DNA from: Octopus sinensis
Taxonomy: Eukaryota
Direction: 5' to 3'
Assembly: GCF_006345805.1 (NCBI RefSeq)
Contig: NC_042998.1
Span: forward strand, 33,976,001-34,040,000
Length of the DNA: 64,000 nucleotides
Part shown: piece after piece, positions 27,051 through 38,200 of the stretch
Layout: the number at the start of each line of letters is the position of its first letter
Position numbering within the stretch: the first letter of the stretch is position 1
Notes under the pieces: model-generated
The model's input: the letters and a program-made list of their open reading frames with translations, nothing else
Told to the model about the DNA's origin: nothing
Database searches by the model: none
Program-made: the position numbers and the translations under genes

Positions 27051-27436
27051 CAGGAATGTGTCGTCAGTAATTACTCAAGGTAGGCAGTTGGTGATGTTTA
27101 TGGAGTGGAATACAGGCATGTGATTGAGTTGAAGGCTGATTTACTTCTGCCTTTATAGCGCGTAAAGACAACAGTGTTGTAGGAATGTACGCAGCACGTG
27201 TACTACAGCAATATCATGCTTAGCTTAAATACTGAGATTGAAAGGCCAGGGCAAATTATACCTACCTAATGTACAAAAAGTAAAATATTTTGCATTTTAT
27301 GCAGAGTATTCAGAGTAACCTTCATAATTTTATGGCATTAGGTGCATATTTTGCCATAAAAGGAAAATGTTACTGATGATCTATTTTATTCAGGGTAGGC
27401 ACTGCCTACCTTGCTTACCCAGGCAGCACATTCCTG
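27051..27436. mobile_element. MITE with ~38-bp imperfect TIRs
   Basis: CAGGAATGTG...CAAGGTAGGCAGT at the left end and ACTGCCTACCTTG...CACATTCCTG at the right end, in (TA)n context. Confidence 0.65.
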
Positions 27437-27473
<37 letters not shown>

Positions 27474-28056
27474 TACATAAGGTTAAGCATATTAAAAGGG
27501 GTCCATGGGAAAACTCTTAAATAAAAGGGTTGGGAACCACTGTTATAGGTAAACAAATATGAGATGTTCGTTTAGCAGACGACAATTAATTACTCTGAAG
27601 TGCATGAATATTTTGTAAAAAAAATAGTTCAGTAAAAAACCTATATTCTTGTGTATCCAGCTTCATTAAGGAACATCCCTACATATACCACCACCACCAC
27701 CATAATAATGGCTACTATAGTTCTTGTATGTCTGTAATCTTCCCTTCCTCCTCTCACCGTTATCATTCTCTCTCCATTAAACACTTTTCTTTCTTCGTCA
27801 TTTTTGCTTCCTCTCTCTTCAACCAACCACCTGACCATATAAACATTACAGCATTCCTTTTATTCTACGTCTCACCCTTTCATTATTCCCTTCTGCTAAA
27901 CATCCTTTTCTCTCTCTCCTCCTCCTCCCCTCTTTGCCTTTCCCGTTACAGTATATGCAATTATGCTACTATATTAATATTACCAGATTTGATACCAAAG
28001 CCAATTTTGTTTTAATTTGTCACTAAATGTTTCTTATTTCAATGCCTCACTTCTAG

Positions 28057-28137
28057 TGTGCAACATACTCACGAATCTTCCGGCTGTTTCGGGCATTGGG
28101 CTTGCGGCACGTTACAGTTATAAATGCTGAACATCAG
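28057..28137 (+). CDS. CLCN7: ClC-7 exon (CBS2)
   Basis: cttctag|...|gtaagc, 81 nt, phase 0 to 0, after a 15.2 kb intron. CATYSRIFRLFRALGLRHVTVINAEHQ, containing FRxLGLRH. Confidence 0.95.
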
Positions 28138-28370
28138 GTAAGCTTACTTCTTATTAAATCAAATGCCCCACAAATCTTTTTTGCCTTTATAATTTCTACA
28201 GAAAAAAAAAAAATAAAAAATTCATGTAGCATTTAGTTGTTAGTAGTGAACATTCCAGACCAACTATAAAAAGAAGGTCTGAAATCACAAAGATTAGGAA
28301 TAAGAAATAAAATGGTGCAACAAAGATTAAAGCTGTGTGATGGAATGTCCATACGTGGAGCTTACCATAA

Positions 28371-28601
28371 GGCGGCAAGCTGGCAGAAACGTTAGCACAC
28401 CGGGCGAAATACTTAGCGGTATTTCGTCTGTCATTACGTTGTGAGTTCAAATTCCGCCGGGGTTGACTTTGCCTTTCATCCTTTCAGGGTCGATAAATTA
28501 AGTACCAGTTCCGCACTAGGGTCGATGTAATCGACTTAATACTTATGTCTGTCCTTGTTTGTCCTCTCTATGTTTAGTCCCTTGTGGGTAATAAAGAAAT
28601 A
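28371..28601 (+). mobile_element. tRNA-derived SINE family 2 (representative full copy; many fragments)
   Basis: GGCGGCAAGCTGGCAGAAACG...GAGTTCAAATTCC...TTTGCCTTTCATCCTTTC.GGGTCGATAAATTAAGTACCAG. Near-full copies also at ~21101(+), 23670(-), 24845(+) and 51965(-). Confidence 0.85.
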
Positions 28602-31129
28602 TATATTTGAACAAGTTTCATAATAACTGTATTTAAAAAAATCTTTGCAACATATTCAATTGAATAATTTACTATAGTAAATTTCCTTGTTTTTTTTAGT
28701 ACTCAAACTTACATTTTGATATCAGATGTATTAAAAAGGAAAAGTAAGAAACTTGCCCAATAGTTGGATCTTAAACTACTTTCTGAGTATGCATTACTGC
28801 CGGCAGTTTGTAATGTCACTATTTTAGCGAACATCTCCTGTGTTGGTGGCACGTAAAAAGCACCATCCGAATGGGGTCAATGCAAGTGCCCCTTGATTGG
28901 CTCCCATGCCAGCGGCACATAAAAAGCACCACTCAAACGTAGTCGATATCAGTCCCCCCTCCCCTGACTGGCTCCTGTGCTGGAGGTACACAAAAAGCAC
29001 CATCTGAATCTGGTCAATGCCAGTGCCACCTGACCGGCTCTCATGCCGGTGGCATGTAAAAAGCACCCACTACATTCTCCAGTGTTAGGAAGGGCATCCA
29101 GCAGTAGAAACCTCGCCAGATCAGATTTGGAGCCTGGCGCAGCCTTACTGGCTTGCCAGTCCTCCAGTCAAACTGTCCAACCCATGCCAGCATGGAAAGC
29201 AGACGTTAAATGATGATGATGATCTTAAAATCCTTTGGTGTCTTAGTTATTGAACAGTCACAAACATTACAGAAGTTCTGAATTTTTTTTTTCATTCTGA
29301 AGGCATGTTAATTAAGCAGCAATGATCTGAGTAAATATTTTTTTAAATATAAAATATTTGAAATTTAATTATTAGAAAAATTAAGTTCATCTCAAAAATT
29401 ATGCATACAAATGAAAAATCAGAAGGTATTTTGAAAATAGGGATTAAATAAAGTACTTTCTGGTCCACCCCTGTTCCTTTCCCATGGAAATTCTGTTTTT
29501 GACCAATGTAATCTATCTACCAAGACATTTCATTCATATTCTATTCACTTGGACATTGTTGAATATTAAAGGAATGTTCTTAATCCTATATTGGATTAAA
29601 TAAATCCTATGTATAAAATAAAATACTGAAATTCAACTTGAAGGCTACTTTTCTTGCCTTACTCTTTACCCGTTTCAGTCATTAGACTGTGGCCATGCTG
29701 GAGCACTGCCTTTAGTCGACCAAATCAACCCCAGGACTTATTCTTTGTAAGCCTAGTACTTATTCTATTGGTCTGTTTTGCCGAATTGCTAAGTTACGGG
29801 GACGTAAACATACCAACATCGGTTGTCAAGTGATACGTACACATACACACACACACACACATGACGAGCTTCTTTCAGTTTCTGTCTACCAAATACACTC
29901 ACAAGGCTTTGGTCGGCCAGAGGCTATAGTTGAAGACATTTGCCCAAGGTGCCACGCAGTGGGAGTAAATTAAATTTAAATTATTTGCATTAGAAAAAGC
30001 AAAACCTGAAATTTCCTTTGTCTGCAATTCTTGGAGATAAAATCATTGAAAGTTGTATCCTTGAGAAGTAAATTCTTACCTGATATTGCAAAATTGTACC
30101 AGAAATCTGTCTTCACTTTATTGTAGAGGGTCATGGCGGAGATAATATACACTTTGTTGTCTCTGCATTATTCTATCTTTGATCATGTGGTTTTACAATG
30201 TATCGTGGCTCTTTCTGGGGCCTTGAGATCAAATTGTGTGTGAGGAATGTTTCTACCACACTGTTCAGTATTTGGGTAATGACGGCCAGCAATATCTGCA
30301 TTCATAATATATGAAAAATACAGTGAACCATAGCTAAGTTCATTTTGTCTGACAAAACTCTTTTACACAACAGCAGTTTATATATAAAAAAAAAAAAAAG
30401 CAAACAAATACCAACTAAATTGTTTATAGATGAAGAACTAACTGTGAATCTGTTTGTTTTTGTTATCTTTCAGATGATTCCGTGTTTTAAAAGTGTTCAT
30501 TATTGTTATTGTCATACATCCACATTTCATGCGCACCTGGCTTGAATTGATTATAGTTTGAATCGGTTCTTATTCAGAGTTGCTATCCTTTTAAAGGAGT
30601 TAGCTGACTAACCCCACTCATACATCAAATGTTGGCATTGTTCCTATAGTCGAATCCCCTTTGTAATGCCAATAAATTAACAATGTGTATTGGATGCGTA
30701 TTGTTTATGGCACCAGCACTACGGAGGTTGTCCTACCCTCTGCACGACTATAAACTCTATTCTGTGATATCTTTTATCTATGGCTAGCGTGGTCAATGCC
30801 AGTGCCGCCTGACTGGTCCTGTGCAGGTGGCATGTAAAAAAAAGCTCCATTTGAGTGTGATCATTGCCAGTGCTGTCTGCCTGGCTCCCGTGCTAGTGGC
30901 ATGTAAAAAGTACCCACTATACTCTCAGAGCAGTTGGCGTTAGGAAGGGCATCCAGCTGTAGAAACTCTGCCAAATCAAGCTGCAGCCTCCTGGCTTGCC
31001 AGCCCCCAGTCACATCGTCCAACCCATGCCAGCATGGAAAGCAGACGTTAAACAATGATGATGAAAATCAAAGCTGATGCAACATTATGGTTTCCGATAA
31101 CTGAATTTTCTTTTCCTTTGTTTTTTCAG

Positions 31130-31180
31130 GTGTGTGGTATTGTGACACGGAAAGATCTTGCCAGATTCGCAAACCTTTGA
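31130..31180 (+). CDS. CLCN7: ClC-7 terminal coding exon
   Basis: Polypyrimidine tract plus cag acceptor. VCGIVTRKDLARFANL* (GIVTRKDLAR motif), TGA at 31178-31180. Confidence 0.95.
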   Translation: MCGIVTRKDLARFANL

Positions 31181-31185
31181 ATAAA
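31180..31185 (+). promoter_or_regulatory. Possible polyadenylation signal overlapping the CLCN7 stop codon
   Basis: Sequence reads TGAATAAAA; AATAAA shares the A of TGA, and a T-rich tract follows ~15-25 nt later. Confidence 0.3.
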
Positions 31186-31793
31186 ACACAAAATCAGTTT
31201 TTCTTCCTGGTGATGGATATTTATATTTTAAAATGGACAGTCTAGCTACATTCATTCCTGCATGAATGGGAATTTTGTGACTTTGATTCCTATGGAGTCT
31301 GCCATAAACTTGCTTCACACCTTTTCAAAATGGTTCACTGATAATCATGTACAGAATATGTTTTACTTGATGTAATTATATCAAGCCTTATGCAAAGTGA
31401 GAAAACAAAACAAAGTGAGACTGGAGGAATTTGTGGTGCCACTGAATCTAAGCATTAAACTTTATCCTGAAACATTAACAATTCTATGAAGAGCAGCCAA
31501 AATATTACAATCGTTGGCCCAGGATGTATATGTACGCACACATCACTGTCATCAGTGGACGTTAAATGATGATATACACACAAGCATATATGTATATAAT
31601 ACACAAATATATATATATACACACACACATACACACACAGAAAGCGAGAGAGAGAGAGATTCATGAATGTACTTTGAGTGCATAAGTAGTTTGTGTCTGT
31701 GGTGTGTGTGAGATTTTTATATATATGTATATATTACGGAGATGTACTTGCATAGCAAGTGACCCGATCTGAGATCATGTGCAGGAATGAAAA

Positions 31794-31957
31794 CAATTGC
31801 AGCTTGGAAGGTGTTTATAAGCCATTTAAGAAACACACAAAAACCGTTAGATTCGCTTCAACATCTAAATTTAATTTGTCAAAATATTTTCGTCGCTTTG
31901 AAACCGCGACCTGCGTGTTTCTTAAATGGCTTATAAACACCTTCCATGCTGCAATTG
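31794..31957. repeat. 43-bp inverted repeat with 78-bp spacer
   Basis: Arms 31794-31836 and 31915-31957 are 42/43 complementary. Confidence 0.9.
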
Positions 31958-31959
31958 TA

Positions 31960-31990
<31 letters not shown>

Positions 31991-32253
31991 ATATATATAT
32001 ATATAAAGCACACACATGTAGACATCCATAATTCCCTCTCTCTCTCTCTCTTTCGGAGAGGCACAAGCACCTACACGCACATATACACACACGGCAGTAA
32101 CTTCCTCCTGCCGAATTCAATCACAAAGCTTCGGACCTCAGTGAAATAAGTTTTGAAAGTGATGCACAAATGATTTGAGTTTTTTTTTTTTTTTTTGCAA
32201 GGAACTTTTCATTCTTTTTCATCAGGTGATAGAAATGGCTGCACTGCTCCGCA

Positions 32254-35200
32254 TCAAACTAAATGCCAAAAACGGTATTTAGAATCATCCCTCTGCATTG
32301 TAAATTGAAACCATTCTGAAGTTGTAATGTGATTCAGCACTACCATTTGCTGGGAATTCTTTATGGTGTAAAAATTTAATATTTGCTTCTAAGAAACTAG
32401 TTTAGAATAATATTATTTTGACTTATAATGGCACTTACCTTTTCTTTCACAACAAATAACTTGAACACGATTTCCTTGAATCCCTTGTGGGTCTGCAGAA
32501 GAAGCAAAAGGACCAAAAGTATATGGAGGTTAATTCAGTCATTTATAGTTCTCTAGAAATTGATTTTTCTTTGGGGTTTTTTTTTTTCTGCCAATGTGAA
32601 AAAATTATTGTTAAAGGTGGTGAACTGATAGAACCATTAGTGTGACAAAATGTTTGGTGGCATTTCTTCCAACCCATTATGTTCCGAGTTCAAATGTCAC
32701 TGAGGTTAGCTATGCCATTCATTCTTTCGGGGGGGGGGGGTCAAAGAATGAAAGTACCATGTAATCAACTTCCTTCTCCCTTTCCTTGTACCAAAATTAG
32801 AAAGAATTATTTGTATTTTTTTTTTCCATATCAGTTTCTATTTTTTAAAAGAACACTGGCAGTGCCCCAGCATGGCCACAGCCTTAGGGCTGGAACATAG
32901 AAGAATAAAACAATATAGATAACAGTTAAATGCTGTGAGGCAATTAGCTCAGCATTTCTCTCTTTCTAACAATTTAGAGTCAATAATGATTATTGTTTTT
33001 AGTATGAACATACAAAATCAAAAAATTGGAGGAAGGTTAGTCAATAAAATTGAGACCCTGGTACATGACTGGTATTTTATCTATAGACACAGAAAGAATA
33101 AAAAGTAAAGTTGACCGTAGCCAGATTTGAACTCAGAACTGAGGAGCCAAAGCAAATACCACAATCCATTTTGTCTCATGCTAATAACTCTACCAATTCA
33201 TTGCCCTTAATAATGATGGTGGTAATAGTATGTGCATCTCTGATCACGAGCATCATGGCCATATAGTGAGAGGAATTCTTTGAGGTTTGAATAATTCACC
33301 TCTGGAAACATGGGTGTTTTGTTCATCATCCTTAAAACAAACTTTATTCAATGACCCTTTTTTTAATAGGATAGGCTACTTGACCAGAAGAAAATTCTAA
33401 CTGGGCCCCACCTGCAAGGTCATGTGCTGTTTATCTTGTTACAAGATCATGTCACACACATATGGTTGTGATGCATGTGCCTAGTGTACCCTTATCAGAC
33501 AGGTAGTTATGATGGGTATACTGGGCTTTGTATATTTTACCCCAGTGTCACTTTGATGGCATGCATTGCTCTCTCACTCAATAATAATAATTTCCAGCAT
33601 TGGTACAAGATTGGAAAATTGCATGCTAGACAGAGTAGGTTAAATTGTCTCTAATACCTGATTGGTGCTTATATATCAACACTCGAAAATATGAGATTAA
33701 TTGTAATAATTCTTTTCTAAACTAGGCACAAAGCCTGAAATTTTGTGGGAGGGTGGTTAGTTAATTATGTCACCCCCATTGCTAAACTGGTTCTTATTTT
33801 ATGAACCCTAAAAGGATATAAAGCAAGGCTGGCCTTGGTGGAATTTGAACTCAGATCATAAAGCTGAAAGAAATGCTGCTAAGCATTTTGTCCAGTGTAC
33901 TAATGATTCTGCCGTCTTGCTGCCTTAATAATAACCTAAAACAGACCCATGGGTTGCAGGGGTGTTGCCCGAGTGGTGCAAGGGTGTTACCTGTCAGGTG
34001 TATGCACATGCCCCCATACTACTACTGACTTAGACCCAAGGCCATGATAATGACAACATTCTGAATAGGAAATTGACATACGTGTTCTGAAATTCCATGA
34101 CAAAAAGTTTCACAAATTCTTCCAAAATGTATCATAAAATAGAACAAATTTGTCTGAGACTTTTTAGTTTCGTTTTCAAATGTTATTGCATTCCTATCAC
34201 GGTTAGGTTTTTAATTTACAAATTTATTTTCATTTATTTGATTTCACTTAAAAGTTTTTGTTTATTTTTTAAAAAATACTATTTTTTACTAAAAGACAAA
34301 AAAAAATCTGATATTTATCTCATGATGCTTTATCTTCAGGTGATTAAATGAACACCATCACTTTTTCATGACCTCGATAACTTTAAAAAAAATATCTGTT
34401 TATTACATACATGCTTTAAAAAAAAGAATTTCAGTGATTGATTAACACATCATTGATCACATGGACATTTTCATATTCTAACTGAGAATATACTCTGAAT
34501 ATTTTACAAAGCCAAACTAGACTTAAAGGAAGGCTTTCAGTGAATTAATGGATATTAATACCAGAAATTTGGTGTAAAACAGATTTCATTGTTCCCAAAA
34601 TATTAGTGATGCAAGAATCATAATTCTGTATGATTTAGTTTGTCTTTCTCAACAAAACTAATTCTTTTACCATTTTTTTTTTTTAATAAAAAGCTTTTTC
34701 CTAGTTTGGCAATGTATGCATATTTTATAAATCAGAGAAAATAATTCTGAAAGAGTATTAAAAAAAAAAGCAGCAGTTACTTTTTCGGTGAGTGAATGTT
34801 GTTCCAATACTCAAATGTTCCACTTTATTTGTAACTGACACCAAATTTATAAACTCGTTTTGATTTAATTTGTTTAATTATCTGAAGAATACTTTGAATA
34901 AAGTTGATCTTTATTTTCTTACAATTCTTGCTTTCTACCCTTTGGCCTATGTCGCTTCAGCATTCAAACCAGTCATATCCAGCCCAAATAGTCTACTTGG
35001 TTTATTTTTTAAAAACCCACCAGATCTGGCCTTTCATGCCTGTCCTACAATGCCATTCTACAAATAAAACAATTACATCATTGAAATTGCAAAGCTATGA
35101 GATAGTGAATGATTAGGCTGTGTGGCAAGGAGCTTGCTTACCAACCACATGGCTCTGGGTTCATCCCATTGCATGGCACCTTGGGCAAGTGTCTTCTGCT

Positions 35201-38200
35201 ATAGCCTCAGGCTGGCCAAAGCCTTGTGAGTGGATTTGGTTGACGGAAACTGAAAGAAGCCCACTTTATGTGTGTGTGCATATATATATAATGTGTGTCA
35301 GTCTGTTCCCCCACCATCGCTTGACAACCAATGTTGGTGTGTCTATGTCCCCATAACTTAGTGGTTCGGCAAAAGAGACTGATAGAATAAGTACTAGGCT
35401 TACCAAGAATAAGTCCTGGGGTCGATTCGTTCTACTTAAGGTGGTGCTCCAGCATGGCTGCAGTCTAATGACTGAAACAAATAAAAGATGAAAAAAAAAT
35501 ACTGAATCTCAGAGAAAGAATCACCAATTTGCAGTTTAAGAATTAATGGAACAGCCTTGAAACAAATCATTAGAGTTAGACATTTGGGAACCATCATTAC
35601 ATTGGATGGGAAAAAAATCATAAAAGATAATTAGATCAAGGATTAGACAAGCGGAGGCTGCTTTTGGTGGCATCAAAGACTTACTGTCACATAAGCAACT
35701 ATCAATAAGAATGAGGAAAATAGTCTTTAGGGCATATATAGAATTTGTTCTTACAAAATGGTAGTCTGACTTGGATCATCAACAAACAAGTGCCATAGCT
35801 TATCACTGCTGCAGAAGTATGATTCCTTAAACCAAGTTGAAGATATCTTCTGCAAATGGATTTGGAGAATTATCTTGAATAAATTAGATTACAGCTTCTG
35901 GTCCAGTTGGGAAAATATAAGTATGCTTGACAGTCTTTTGAAATACTGGAAGTCTCTATTCTTTGTAATTTCAATGAGAATGTTGTATCATTGAATATTG
36001 ACCAAGAAGAACAAAAGAAATAATCCCAGTGTAAGTACTGTCTCTTCTCAAAACTTTCTTCCCACTCTCAGGAATCTGATCAGAGTATTTCATCAGTTTG
36101 ACATTGTAAAGTCTTAAAATAATTTAATATACAAAGTGTAGTCAAAAAGTATCTGAGCTTGATATTTTTGCACAAAATAATTATGTGTGAGCAAAATCCA
36201 CATGGGTATTAGGTGACCGAGTCCTTCCTGAGCATGCCTCAAAATTGTTGTGCCTGTAGGTAGCGCCATTCGCCTGCAGTGATGCATTGAGTACACATGA
36301 AGAATGTGCTGTGCAATTTTTCTTTTTTGTGTCAAGATGACCAAACACATAGAGCAAAGAGACTCAATCAAATTCTATCAAAAACTTAGTGATACGCAAG
36401 CCCAGACTATTGAAAAGATTCAGAAGGCCTTTGGAGATGATGGTATGGGAAAACACAAATAAAAGAGTGGTACAACTGGTTCAAAGATGACCACACATCA
36501 GTGGACAGTGAGCCACATTGTGGCAGACCATTGACTAGCAGAAATGACGAAATGATTGCAAAGGTTCAAGGAATAATCTATGAAGACCATCGTGGGACTA
36601 TTGAGAAGATTGTTGTTGAAGATGGAATCAGCCATGGGTCAGTTTAGTCAGGTTATTCTGCCCACGTCATCCAAGCATTCCGCGTCAAGCAAAACACACC
36701 ACTTTGTTCGTCAGGCTTTCTACTCCCCACACTTGGCTCCATGTGGCTTGACTATTCCCAAAGCTCAAAAGAAAAAAACCACTCAAAGGGAGAAGATTTG
36801 AGTCAACAGAGGACATTAAGCAAAATTCGATGGCTCTACAACATCCCAAAAAGTGATTTCCAGAAATGCTTCCAGCAGTGACAGAAATGCTGGCAGATGT
36901 GTGAATACTTTGAAGGAGACTAAATCAAAATGGTGTGTTTTTTAATATTGTTTTCTGGCCAAAGGCTGGATTCTCTTTGACTACACCTCATATGGCTATT
37001 GGGTTTCAGTAAATAACAAATTTCCAATTCATGTCTCCAACAACAATTCTTGTTTAAGAAAATATCTGCTTCACCCATTTTCAGTTTCAAACTGAAGAAA
37101 GCTCTCTCTCAATCAGAATTCTTATTCCTTGTTTACAATTTTAATCCTGAAATCATGTCGTCAACTCGTACCAGCATGGGAAATAAATGTTAAATGATGA
37201 TGATGTATAAAGATCAGGATTAGCAAACTTGGCAGCATATTGTTCAACCCCAGGTTATCTCTGATTGAGCAGCCATGATCAAAGATGGCCCACTTATAAC
37301 CATCCCATCTTCTTCAAACATAATGTATCTAGGATTTCTTTACATTATCCACTGGAACTAAACTGAGCGGGGATTTGGCTTGTTTTGAGCCTAGGCATTG
37401 GAGATGATACCTTCTTATGGCAGGATGTGCCATCAGCTAAAATTGACAATTTTATATTCAATCATTGATAAAGAAAGAAAACACTTACCTTGCAATGTCC
37501 AAGATCACCTAATTAAAGATAAGACAGTTCTCAATTGCCGACATCACATTGTCATATAATTCTTTTCTACTCTAGGCACAAGGCCTGAAATTTTGTGAGA
37601 AGGGGTTTGTCAATTATATTGCCCCCAGTGCACAATTGGTACTTATTTTATGAACCCCCAAAAGGATAAAAGACAAAGTCAGACTTGGTGGAATTTGAAC
37701 TCAGATCGTAAAGCAGAAAGAAATGCTGTTGAGCATTTTGTCCAGTGTGCTAATGGTTCTGCCATCTTGCTGCCTTAATAATAATCAGGATTTATAACCT
37801 GGGAATAAGGCTCCATATTCGGATGAGGGGACAGTTGATGATACCAATTCCTCTTCTTGCTTAGTATATATTTTATCATCCTTAAAAGCTGACTGAAAGG
37901 GGTTAATGTAGGATTTTCACTCTGACCTCGTAAAACCCTCACCAGCAATGACGACCCAAAACAGACCCATGGGTTGCAGGGGTGAAATTTGAACTCAGAA
38001 CATAAAAACGGACAAATTGTCACTAAACATTGTGTCTGGCATGCTAATGAATCTACGAGCTTGCTGCCTTACACAGTAACATAATCGACAAGCGTTTCAT
38101 TACGTTACAGTGCTGAGCTCCCTTCTCATGGTTTTGCAGATGTCTGTGATCATTGACAGAGCGGCTAACCGGCTTCCGTGCCAGTGGTACTTAAAAGGCC

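Larger units (their letters stand above)
26274..27542. mobile_element. hAT (Charlie-like) MITE with nested insertions
   Basis: TIR CAGTAGTTCCCAACC ... GGTTGGGAACCACTG; flanks ttgtagat / ttataggt (6/8). Contains a SINE, a Penelope-like remnant and a second MITE. Confidence 0.7.

Noticed and set aside
12853-28056. Nested gene in the 15.2 kb CLCN7 intron
   Set aside because: The non-repetitive stretches (~17.7-18.8, 22.3-22.9 and 25.3-25.6 kb) showed no convincing open exon with both splice sites.
2145-31180. Assignment to CLCN6
   Set aside because: Lacks the long ClC-6-specific insertion in the CBS region; HNGFPVV, DFR..YPRF.PI and TRKDLAR fit ClC-7.
32226-32274. Plus-strand exon candidate VIEMAALLRIKLNAKN
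   Set aside because: Lies beyond the CLCN7 stop, has a weak donor (gtattt) and no partner exons, and overlaps the minus-strand candidate.
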